From the NCBI GenBank assembly GCA_964016885.1, contig OZ024750.1, forward strand, positions 18,600,001 through 18,664,000: DNA of 64,000 nt. The letters run 5' to 3'. The notes beneath the pieces are model-generated. The model searched no databases, was not told where the DNA came from, and was given only the letters and a program-made list of their open reading frames with translations. This document shows, one piece after another, positions 13,994 through 26,100 of the stretch. The stretch comes from Eledone cirrhosa. Taxonomy: Eukaryota. Each line of letters begins with the position of its first letter. Position 1 is the stretch's first letter. Made by a program: the position numbers and the translations under genes.

Positions 13994-14890
13994 CACACAC
14001 ACACATACGAGCCAACGAGGGAAGCCTAGGCCGAATTTAACCATAATGTATATATTCCAAATGAATCCGGTGAATCGGACGAGATATTTTCATTTTCCTC
14101 GAACGACAGCTGTTCGCCAAGCCGAAAGGGGGCAAATTGTCGAAGTACCAGTCGCTCTCCGATAGGTTTGTGGTTGAACCCATAGTAGGGGAGACTTCCG
14201 GCATTCTTAGCCCCGGGCCACATCCCATACTCACTGCTATCGGGGTGGAGTTGGCCACTCGCAAGAACAAGACCCGAGAGTTGGAATAGGTTCACTTTTG
14301 CCATCCTACTGGGCAACGTTCTACTCCATTGTCTGCTGAGACCACGAGGCGGAGCAACCCTTAATTGAGAGTGAAGTTAACTCTCAACTTTTGTACATAA
14401 TATCGTTAGTTGATGTAAATGATAGGTATTCTCTTTCTCTCTCACACACAGGAGCCGACGATGAAGGCTTAATCAAACCCTCATAACTTCTGACGTAATA
14501 TGCCCAATTAATCCGGTGAATCAGACGAGATATTTTCATTTGCTTCAAATATCTATGTTATTCAAAGTATTTATTTCAACAAGAATACTTTCTAAAAGTT
14601 TCTACGAAGACAATAGAGACAGCGAGATTACAATTACATAACACAATTAAATAAAAAAGGAACACACATACACACAAAATAATCAACAGGCCTAATAAGG
14701 AGGTGAGAATAAAACTAAAGATAAAGTTGTAAACCAGTGGTTCAATAAATAGAGATCGATAAAACAAGCACCAGGATTGAAAACAATAAATACTAGGGTC
14801 AATGTGATTCACTAAATAAATCCGTCGAAGATGGTGCTACAGAATAGCCGCAGTCTAATGACTGTAGCCAGTAAAAGAATATATATATAT

Positions 14891-14924
<34 letters not shown>

Positions 14925-16274
14925 TTTATGTTCCGTACATAAATGGTTCGACAAAAGAGATTAATAAAATAAGTATCAGGCTTGAAAAAAATGATTACTG
15001 ATATCGATATGATTGACTAAAACCTCTTTAAGCAGTGACACAGCATGACCGCAGTCTAATAACTAATAAAAGAATAAGTTGCACAAATGAAAATAACATG
15101 ATTTACGTGCTAAGTGAGAATAAATTCCGAGAGAAATGAAGGACATGGTAGAAATAGCAGCTAAAGCTAACTACAGTACCTAACATGTATTTTATTGTCA
15201 CAATTAACTCTTAACGTCCTGAACCACACGCAACTACATTAGCAAGACATTCTTAAAAAGTACAAAACAGCACTATGATTACATCACGTTAAAAATTAAA
15301 GCTTTTACTTACAAAACGACCTGTCCACTAGTAAAGATACTATAAACATTTGAATTAACATATCCATGTTTAGACATTTTCTGCTAAAGTATTACAGGAC
15401 GTTAGGAATTAAAAAATAAACAATTTGAATAACAATTATATTTTTAAAATTAAATAGATAACATTAGATTTGTATTATTAAAAAAATATATTAAAATGCC
15501 TTTATTAATATCGAAAAATAAGATACATAAATATAGTTTAAAAACTAAGGTACAGCTACAGATGTCCCTTCCATAGATAGACTTCGAAATTCTTCTAGAA
15601 AACCCTCTGAATATGTCTAACTATAGTTATGCCAACTGTTTGTGAGAAGCAGTTTACACATGTATTACACACACACACACGTGTATAAATATATAAATAA
15701 TTATCTGTGTGTGTACTCAGTGTGCAAAGGTATAATCGCTATAACCGACGTGTAGTGCTGATATTTATAGTAAAGGATGAAAAGGTACCATAAAGGTATT
15801 TTGATACCTCACTCAGAACAGTGACACATCGAACAAAGCACGGTATAAAACGTTTATAATCTAGCACTTCACAATCATATACAGATAGATATATAGAGAG
15901 AAGGCTTTGGCACACATGTCTTTCTATTAAATTTTAAACAAACCACGAAAGCGTTTGTCAAGAGGTACCACAAAACGATACATCATTGTAATTTTTACGA
16001 ATACCAGACCCAAAAAATAATAGATCAGAAAAGATAAAGGATGAATATATAGAACAATACATATGTAAAGTATTTCCTTTCATTCAATGAATCAAAGACA
16101 AGCAGAAAGTACTTTACAATCTGCTATTAAAGTATTTGGGTTATGAACGACACCTCATGCAAATATAAAAAAAAAATATCATTTCTAATACAAAAAACTC
16201 ACTTCAATTATTTTTTCCTTCTTCTTATTGTCAGTCTTTTTGCTGACGTCGGGTTTTTTGGCTTTCGGAGGCAT
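448..16274 (-). CDS. ZC3H15: Zinc finger CCCH domain-containing protein 15 (DFRP1/Lerepo4, DRG1 partner); 3' end presumably lies outside the window
   Basis: Frame-consistent GT-AG exons read on the minus strand: 16203-16274 ([24 protein letters not shown]), 9638-9739 ([26 protein letters not shown]), 8640-8742, 7999-8139 (CCCH1: [19 protein letters not shown]), 7273-7364, 5722-5827 (CCCH2: [30 protein letters not shown]), 4356-4432, 2197-2265, 1960-2037, 448-555 ([13 protein letters not shown]). The peptide matches the remembered vertebrate ZC3H15 sequence block by block. Confidence 0.96.
3245..3560 (-). mobile_element. Same young SINE family, reverse orientation
   Basis: Near-identical to the reverse complement of 43205-43525; produces the same spurious 79-aa ORF. 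Confidence 0.85.
3578..4010 (+). mobile_element. RTE-clade LINE 3' fragment
   Basis: Encodes MLRWMC...[12 protein letters not shown]...GRPRKSW, the typical RTE ORF C-terminus. Confidence 0.85.
4549..5038. mobile_element. Second TTAA MITE family copy, interrupted by a ~290-bp insert
   Basis: TTAA|CTCTTAACATCCT...AGGATGTTAAGAG|TTAA; related copies without the insert at ~15203-15412, 19969-20150, 28411-28788. Confidence 0.75.
5437..5592. repeat. Long inverted repeat (75-bp arms, 6-nt loop) in an (AT)n-flanked insertion
   Basis: 5437-5511 is the reverse complement of 5518-5592 with 5 mismatches. Confidence 0.95.
5472..5507 (-). ncRNA. Type I minimal hammerhead ribozyme (Penelope-like-element type)
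   Basis: Minus strand reads GAG-CUGAGGA-UCC-gcuaa-GGA-GAAA-CAAUUG-UC^CUC. The core is complete with a GUC triplet and palindromic stem III; the first stem II pair is U-A rather than the usual R-Y. Confidence 0.75.
11720..12420 (+). mobile_element. Decayed RTE-clade LINE 3' fragment
   Basis: [13 protein letters not shown]...[12 protein letters not shown]...GRPRKT with frameshifts upstream; ends in (GAT)n. Confidence 0.8.
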
Positions 16275-16750
16275 TTTTGGAGCTTTTTCTTAAGGTGTAA
16301 ATATATTTTTTTAGTTACCTTAACGGAGGGAAAAAAAGAAAAGGGGGCAAATTTGTAAGAGGCAAGACCGCCGTAGAGGGGAACTTTTCCTGGTATTATA
16401 AAGCTGGCTACCTTACAGCCCTACTTTCGAACTCCGTGTATAATACACAAAATAAAGAAATATGAAGCAATATCGATATCTAAATTATGAAAACAAAATA
16501 AAACATAATGTTAAAATATGTAGGATATATATTCATATGTTGTCTAGGTTAATTAAGTGTCGGATAAATAAATCAACATTAAACAAATATTAATGTAAAA
16601 CTTCTGACTTCATTTGTAACTCGGTGTCTTCTCAGTTAGACACGTGTTTTATGGAAGACCTGTTTGTAAAAAAAAACTATCTCTTGCATCGACAGTGATT
16701 TATTATACACACACACCTATACGTATCTAGATGATACTATGGGTACGTGG
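16275..16750. promoter_or_regulatory. Probable bidirectional promoter region of ZC3H15/NUB1
   Basis: The genes are divergent; CpG-containing sequence lies just upstream of the ZC3H15 ATG; DRE-like palindrome TATCGATA at 16471-16478. The NUB1 ATG exon has an acceptor 2 nt upstream, so a non-coding first exon must lie in 16.3-19.1 kb. Confidence 0.45.
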
Positions 16751-19129
16751 ATCCCGTTTGTTATTTGAAATAACGACTTTACTATATATATATATATATC
16801 CGGTTCTTATAAGATTTTATTATAGTTTATATATTTTTAATGAACTAAAGCTGTATATTTATATATTTATTGTGTCTGTAAATTATTTCTTGTATCGGGG
16901 GAAACATATGTAGCTATCGATTGCCGTGACAAGTGTAATAATATTTATAGCTATATGTTGTATTCTTATTTTAAAACGCACTGGTTTTACAATAGTTCAT
17001 TTACGCAGGATTTCGTTCAACAAGTTAAACATTTTCTTTATATCAAATATAATATATATAACTTCTCAGTAGGTTTATAATTTTTTGTAATTTCACGTAC
17101 ACAAAAGGGAAATGTACATAAAAAAGTTTTTGTTTAATGTTAAACAGTGACATTAATAAGATGTATACACCGTACGTCTGGTTTGCAAACTTGTGATAGA
17201 TTATGGCAACTTTTACTAAACGTAATCAAATTTACAGTAAATCTTTTTATATTCGGAGATCATTTTTAAAATTAAAAAAGGATTTCTGTGATAAGATCTG
17301 TTGCAATTGTTATATGTAGCGTAGTATAACATCAAATACTTATTTATCTGTTTCTGTTTGTAAAATCCCTTTTCATGTATTGATTGGCTCCTAAATCCCA
17401 TAATATAATTCTTCCTTTGTTGACATCTATAGTTTTAGAATGTCGCACTCTGTCTTCGATAAGTGCTGTGGGGGTCTATTTAGTGGCAAACCCACATTTG
17501 GGGGTGGACCCCGAGCCTTGCTGTTCGGAGAGCCCCCAGCGACTATCATAATAGGTCCCTTTAAACTGCATAAGTTTCATAAAAGATCCACCGCTGGATA
17601 TGTGTCAGAGGCCGCAATTCAGAACTCCGATAGTTCAGTGTAGTTAACCCCTTTGATACCAAACCACCCTCGGTTCTACGATACTAAGCCGTTTGTTTTG
17701 AAATGTCTATATTATATTAAAAACAAAAAAGAACAACATTTCAGTATGATTCTATATGAGAACCTGTCAAGTATCATGTTAATAAAGAGAAAGTTATATT
17801 AGTAAATCTTTCCAAATTCTGAATTGTTAAAAAAAAATATTTGATAATCGTAGGTATTGTCTTTCATTTGAAATATAGTAATTAAAGAGTTAAAGAAAAC
17901 ATTGAAAAATCTGTGCAATATATATATAATTCCATTAAGGGCTCTTATGGGATAAATTTCGTTTCCTAGAAAAATTCGTCTGAAAATATGTTTTTGATAT
18001 CAGCTCACCCAAACCCACTTACTTTAAAAGGTTCCTATTTAAATCAAAACATCCCAATATATCCCTCCAAACTTTTCAATAATTTGTTGAAATATACAAT
18101 GTATTTTATTAGAAATTTAGCCATGAGATGGATATATATATATGTCTCATAAAATAATACAACTGGCTATCCGCAAAATACGTATAGTTAGCACCCCAAA
18201 TGTATAATTGGGATTATACTAAGGTATATCCTAATGTTTGTTGAGTGAGACGGAAGCCGGTCGGAGCATTGCTTAAAGCTTTCTCTGTTAATGTATTAAA
18301 TATATATATTTGCAACTATAGCAACAGTATTCTATAATTCCAGGTATAGGAATGTCCTAGCACAGTGATTTTGATTCTCAATGTGAAGTGTATGCTCCAT
18401 GGTGGGGTAACTTGAATATTTTGATAGGAAAATTTTAAAATTATATCTTTAATAACAAACATGTTGAGTAATCACATCTCACCTAGATTTATGTTACATT
18501 TTGGCAAGGTTTCTACGAGTGGATGCACTTACTAATGCCAACCTTTTTATTGTGGTGCCAACACTGGAGATGTCTCATCCTTGATGCAATTGAACAGTCC
18601 TTACGTTTTGGCATTGTTTCTATAGTTGAATGCCCTTCTTAATGCCAGCCACTTTACAAAGGATATTGGATGTGTTTTATGAGGTTGGCTTGTTGATACG
18701 ACTGAAGTGTGCTCTCTACCCTTTTTTGACAAGGTTTCTACAGCTGGATGGCCTTCCTAGCATCACCCACTTTCCTCTTTACAAAGTGTACTAGTGCACT
18801 ATTGCTTTACAGAGTGTACTAATTACATTTTATTGTGGAACCAACACTACCAATTTAGTGTGTACTGGGTACTTTTTATTGTGGCACTAGCTCTGCTTCT
18901 TTACAGAGTGTGTTCTGAGTGCATTTTATCATGGCACCAACACTACCACTTTACAGAGTGTACTGGGTACTTTTTATTGTGGCACCAAAACTCCCATTTT
19001 ACAGTGTACACTGGGTGCATTTTAGCATGGCACCAGTAAAGGGTTGTTTCATCCGTCATGTGAGAGAAATGGTATAATGTATTTCTTTTTTACACCTTAT
19101 ACCTTATTTGATTTTGTATATCTACAGAA

Positions 19130-22100
19130 ATGGATGCAAAACCTAGCACCAGTTACAGTAAAACTACTGTAGCTACAACTACCACTGATGGAACAGACAA
19201 AGAGAACTTTCAAAGAACAACACAGAACATTCTATTGAAACATGCCCTCAACAATGATAAAGTACAGTTATGGAAGTCACCATATACTCTGGATAATGGA
19301 GAATCAGGAATAATTCCTCAGGTAGTTCTCAAATTTTCTTTTTGTTTTCTGCTAATGTTTGACTGTCTTTAGAATTTTTAAAAAGTAAATCAGTTGTTGT
19401 GTACCTATTGTATATAGATATACATAGTATAGTATCATTCAGAGATACAGTGTACCTGTTGTAAACTAGATATACTTAGAACCAAGCAGGGATATAATGT
19501 ACTTATTCTAAAGTGGATACATACAAAGGATTACTTCACAATTACAATATTAGCACACACAGATACAGCAAGAAGCTTTTTATGACACAATTCCCTTTGG
19601 TCATGACATGCAGGGATAGGCTGTATTCATTCTAAACTAGATATACACAGCAAGTACCAGTCAAGGATAGTGTATCTATTCTAAACTGGATATATACCAT
19701 AAGTACCAATCGGGGATATAGTATACTCATTCTAAACCGTATACACACAGCCACTTCTTTGAAATTATAATTGTATCAATTCTGTATTTTCAGGAAATGT
19801 TGCTGAAATATTCACAACTGATTAAAACGACCACCGATAAAGTTGCTGAGTTGATGGAAGCACTTCGACAGAATGCCTTACAAAAGTTATCTGCCCGTGG
19901 CAAGTACAACACACATGGAGTGGCCACTTTAAAACTCCGGATCAATGCCCACTCTAAATTAAAGGTACTTAACTCTTTAATGTCTGTACCACATGAAACC
20001 ACATTAGCAAACCATTCTTGAAATGTACAAAACAACACTATGACTGCATCACATTAAGAATTAAAGTCTTTATTCTAACACTGCAAATTTTCACAGCAAT
20101 CTATCAATTAGTAAAGAAACTATAAACATTTAAATATTTGTTTAGTGTTTTTCATTAGAAACATGGTAACATTTTCTTTGTTTTTGTTCCTAATTTCTAG
20201 GTTTCTAATTCTGAAAGTATCGAGATCAACCTACAAGAGACTGGGCTCTCCTTGCGGTCAAAAATTGCTGAAATGTGTGGAGTGCAACTTGAAAATATTA
20301 AAATGATAGTCTCTGGTAATTTCTTATCAGATGACCAGTCACTCTCTGACCAACAGGTTAAGGTGAGAAACCTTTTTAATGTCAAGTTCCTTGGTCAGCA
20401 TGGATGGAATAGTGGGTGTTGTACAGTGCTGGATTTAGGACAAATGAGGCCCCAAACATTTGAAAAATTCATTAAAAAATGTTTGGGCAGGAGGATGCCC
20501 CCTCCCACCCCCTCTGGCCAGTGGGGTCCTGTGCTTAAACACACCTAAGCACAATGGTAAATTCAGCACTGGTGTTATATATTTGTAATTTAAAGAAACA
20601 GTCTATATTTCTAATTTTTGAAACAGTTTAAGCTTGATCATAGGGCTTACTCATTTAAAATATCTTCACTCTATTCTATTTAAAACATTAAATACAAGCA
20701 AGATGGCTTGATAACATCCATGAGCTTGACTGGTCATATTTGGTGATCCAGTCGGATCAGTTTGAGATGGTTGCTTCTGACAGGACCCACTGGAAGGAGT
20801 GTTTGAGGACTCTGCCCCCACGACTCTCTCAGGAATAAGTGGTTGAAGAAGTACTAAGTTGAATAATGACCGTACTACTTTTTAATTAGTAACATCTTAA
20901 CCTTGTATTATATTTCTCTTGGCTGCTTGGAACCTTTCTTTAGTTTTGAAATAATTTAATTGTTAAACAATTTAATTTTCAAGAATCTTGTTTTTAGAAT
21001 AGGTGCACCGTGTTCCAGTGTGTTGTAAGAGGTAACTAAAAGGGTTGGCATCAGGAAGGGCATTTGACCATAAAATGCAGTTATAAAAAAACAATGATGA
21101 CTATATATATATATATATATATATAGTGTATGTGATTCAGTGAATTATTGGTGGTGGTATCAAAATAAGCACTCTATGCACAAACAGAGTGTATATATTG
21201 AAAAAAATGAGGAAGTTTTGTTTACATGTATTAGATTTTTATTGTATATCAACCTGTTATGTGCGTTTTGCAGGGGATTGGCTCAGGGTCACCTATAGCA
21301 GTTAGCCAATTCTTTACTGCTACTAAAGTACATACATATGATGGCAATGTTTATATGTTACAGTGTAACAGTTTAGTTTTGGTGATTGTGTCACAATTGA
21401 CCCCTTCTGAGGTACATACGATGGAAAATTCTATGGCACACTTGGAAGATTCTAGAAAAGAAGCTGAAATTTTATCTTCTAAAGTTGAAGGTAAGCATTT
21501 ATTTTTATAATCACAGAAATTTAAATCTAATTGGGTATGTGTGGGTTATATGATGCTTGTGACTTGAGTGTAGAGGATATATGAAGGCTGAAAAGAAATG
21601 AATCGAGCATGCTTTGCTGCATGTGTAATGTTTGTGTGCATAAACAAGGAAATACATGAGCTGTGAGAAAACAGGTTAGAAGAGGAATCATATGTGGTGT
21701 GCAAGAGAGAAGATGGCATTGGTATAGGTATGTAATGATAATAAATTTTTTAAAAGAATAAATGCAATAATATTCATTATTAGTCTCTTAAGTTTTATTT
21801 GAACTTGAATTCATTTTCTAAAATAGAAATAATTAAATAATTTTTTCAGACAGGTCAGATGATACACCATTCTTGGAGATTGCAGATCAAAATGGTCGAC
21901 CTCTTAAGTTACCAGCCACTGAGAAAAAGGTGAGGTTTTGGAGGCTGAAACCAGAGCCTAAATTTCTACATTTTTCGTTTTTATTTCTGTTTTAACTCTT
22001 CATATATGTGTATGGAGGACTTAGAGAGAACAAATTGCTAGGTTATAAGTTCATATGATGCTAACAACTTAATTTTATACAGGCAACATCAAATTATAAA

Positions 22101-22856
22101 TATTTTACCTTTGTAATATTACTTGATGTTACACTCAGTAACAAAATAACAAAATTATACTTCCAAAATTACCTGTCATATGACAGGTCATACTCTAGCA
22201 CAGCGTTTTTCAACCTTCTTAGCCTTGTGAAGCCCTTGAAATAGTTTTCATGTCTCAGGAAACTTATGCATAAAAATTGTTATATACCATTATTAATTTT
22301 TATCATAATTCATGTGGTAAACATAATATATTTTTTTAATAACTGGCTTAATGAATAAATGACCTTTATTGTCAAATTTATTGGCAATGCAAAAAAAATC
22401 ATACTATTCCTTTACTCACACATTAGCTTATTTATCATTGTTTCTTGTGAAACCCCTCGACCTCTTGCAGAACCCTAGGGTTACAGAGAAGTCCAGTTGA
22501 GAAACACTGCTCTAGTGTAATAACTTAACTATTTTTTTTACTATGTTGCAGGCTCTAGCTTTTGCTATGGCCCTCAATGAGAAGGGAAGATCATGTATGA
22601 GAAAGAAAGATTATTCTTCAGCTCTTATTTTGCTCCTGGAAGCAGACAGTGAGTTTAGGTAAGATATTTTATTTTCAATCATTTGAGAGAGAGAGAAAAA
22701 GGAAATGAAAGAGATAAAAATACAGAAAGAAATACAGATGTTTGCTGTGTCATCAGAGAAGCTATTTTCTCTGATGATACTTAGCAAACAACTGCATTTC
22801 TGAAACACCATGACCATGTTATAAGAATATAAATCTCTCTCTTTCTCCCCTTCTCA

Positions 22857-22888
<32 letters not shown>

Positions 22889-23059
22889 GTGCGTTTGTGT
22901 GTATGTATATCCCAGGTTTTAAAATAGATACACTGTATCCCTGTGTATTTTAAGAGGTGACTAAAATGGTTGGCATCAGAGTATAAAAAAAACTGTTTCA
23001 AAAGTCTCATTCAGCCCATAACAGCATGGAAATGCAGATATAATTAAAAATGATGATGA

Positions 23060-23104
<45 letters not shown>

Positions 23105-26100
23105 CATTTTACGTCCGCTTTTCCCTGCTTGCAAGGGTGGGACGGGAACTGATTCTGGCTGGATTTCTACAGCTGGATGCCCTTCCTAACACCAACCACA
23201 TTTACAATGGACTGGGGTCCCTATCATCTCATTTCTACAGCTGAGTAAACTGGAGCAATGTGAAATAAAGTGTCTTGCTCAAGGAAACAACACATCACCC
23301 GGTCTGAGAATTGAACTCACAACTTTTTGATTGATGTTTGTTGAAATATTAAAGCTATCTAACTTTAAAACTAATTTATTCAACAAAAAGCATCTCATGC
23401 AGACATGAGAATAAAAAAATGGATGTTAGTAAGAAGGAAATGTATATGTGATTCTGTGTGTTTGTGTGTGTGAATCCTTGTTGAAAGATCTTTAATATGA
23501 AGGGTTTTTCTGTTGCAGTTTTGATTTATAATTTTATTTAACTGGGTAATTGTATTTTGTGTGGTGTATCTTTAGCTAGTTTAAGCTTATTGTTGGATAA
23601 GGTTGTGTAAAGAAAAATTTCTATAAATATATATATGAATAAGATCTCAACATAAATGCATGCATTGGTGTTGAGATCTTGTATATAATAATGAAAATTA
23701 TTGTGTACAGTGCTCAGGTGCATTACAACTCATCAAAGGCGCATGTATAGTACATAGAATAATGTACAAATGTCAGGAAAGTGAACAGTGTATGAGTCTT
23801 GATATATGCACAGATACATGCGCGTGTGTGTGTATGGAGGGGGAATATATCAGGCGTAGTGTTGGCGAATTTCGGGAAGATTTGAAGAATGCAGTGTCCC
23901 AACAGCTAACAACTGATGCAGGTAGTTTGTTCCATTCTTCAGCAACTCTGAGTGTGAAAAAATGTTTCTGAAAATCATATATTTTGGCTCTGTACACTAC
24001 GTAGATCGCTTTTTTTACCTTGTTCTATTTCTTCAGAAACTCTTGGCACTATAAATATGTATATATGTATCAAGATGATATTGATATGTTTTCTATATCT
24101 ATTTGAAATCTTTAATCTTCTCACCTTTAGGAAATGTCGATCTGATATTCTTTCTGCTGTTGATAATTTTGCTTTAGTCAACCTGGACATAGTTTGGTGT
24201 TATCAACAATTACGAAACATTGATGAATTACCTGATGCTGGTAAGTAACATTCTTGTAGTTTGTTTTAAATCATTATCATCATCATCATTTCATTTTATG
24301 TCCGCTTTTTCCCTGCTTGCAAGGGTGGGACGGGAACTGATTTTGGCTTGATTTCTACAGCTGGATGCCCTTCCTAACACCAACCTCATTTACAGTGAGT
24401 GCTGGCTGCTTTTTTGCCGTGGCACCTCCACGACCACTTTGCAGTGGAATGATATGGACCCCAGTCCCTATCATCTCATTTCTACAGCTGAGTAAACTGG
24501 AGCAATGTGAAATAAAGTGTCTTGCTCAAGGAAACAACACATCACCCGGTGTGAGAATTGAACTCACAACCTTTCGATTGCAAGGCCAATGCTCTAACCA
24601 CTAAGCCATGTGCTTCCATTTGTTTTAAATATGTATTAAAATATTGCTATGATAGATGATATTTTTGAAAAAAAAGTAGTATATTATAATTATGTGGGTG
24701 GCGAATTGGCAGAGTCGTTAGAACGTCGGATAGAATGCTTTATGGTATTCATTCGGGCTCTCTGCTCTGAGTTTAAATCCTGCCATGGTCAACTTTGCCT
24801 TTCATCTTTTTGAGGTCAATAAAAAAAAGTACCAGTCTAGTACTGGGGTCGATTCTTCTCTCTGGAAGAAATTTGCTGTATTCAGGCCTGGAGAGGGATG
24901 TGCTCCACCAGGTTTAAAATGCCCAAGAAATGCCATATGTCAATACAGCACCCCTAAATGTTCTGTAGCCCTGGGTCTCTATTTTCTTTAATCTAGCTCT
25001 GGCAGCATCTACAATCCTTTATTTATTTACAGGGCTTCCGAGATTGATGGAAGGGACATAGATATATGTCCTCAAATCTAATATAAACTCTGTAAAAATT
25101 ATCCAAGAACTAAGTGTTGGTGTTAAACCGGGTAACACATTGCAAAGAGCATTTTACCACTTAGTTAGGAATGGGCAGTACTATGATCATTTATTTCTTC
25201 AGGGTTTCCAAGACTGGCATGAGGAAGGAAAGAAGTTATCTTCAAATTTTCATCATAGATCAAAGACCCACAATAACAACACCATCAAAGTTTATAAAAT
25301 CCAATGTATTAATTGCAATTTATTTTTTTACAGATAAAAGGTTAAATATATGTGAGAAATGCTTCCATCAGAGTTACGGAGCCAATCTTGAGAGGTTAAC
25401 TTTAATGAAGGTATGTCTATGGTTTATAATTGTCATCTGTTTATTTGTTATTACCCCTTAATTAGTATTTGCTTTTATTATTATTTTCTCAAATCCGGCC
25501 GAGGTTAACTTTGCCTTTCATCCTTATGGGGTCGATAAAATAAAGTACCAGTAATGCACTGGGGAAATTGCTGGCCTTGTGCCTAAAATAGAAACAATTA
25601 TTATTTTCTCAAGGTGGTGGATAAGCAGTATCGGTAGAGCGTCAGACACACTATGCTTTGCAGCATAGATTTATGGCTCTTTACATTCTGTGTTCATATC
25701 CCACTGAGGTTAGCTTTGCCTTTCATCATTATAGGGTCGATAAAATAAAGTACCAGTAATGCATTGGAGTAATTGCTGGCCTTGTGCCAAAAGTAGAAAC
25801 AATTATTCTCTCAGTTTAGGGTGGTGGATTGGTAGAATTAGTAGAACCTTGGAAAAAATGCTTTACAGTATTTTCTCTGGCTCTTTACATTCTGAGTTGA
25901 AATCCCATCAAGGTCAATTTCACGTTTCATCCTTCCAGGGTCGATAAAATATAGTACCAGTGAAGTACTGGGGTCGATTTAATTGACTTTACCCTCCCCC
26001 TAAAATTACTGGCCTTGTGCCTAAATTAGAAATCATTGTTATACTCGCAATTTGAAAATATTCATCTTCATCAATTAACTTCATACACATGATAGGCTTC

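Noticed and set aside
17440-17643. GC-rich segment with AATTCAGA resembling RNase P CR-V
   Set aside because: No GGAAGGUCUGAG CR-I partner; AGATCCACCGCTGG looks like a MITE terminal repeat instead.
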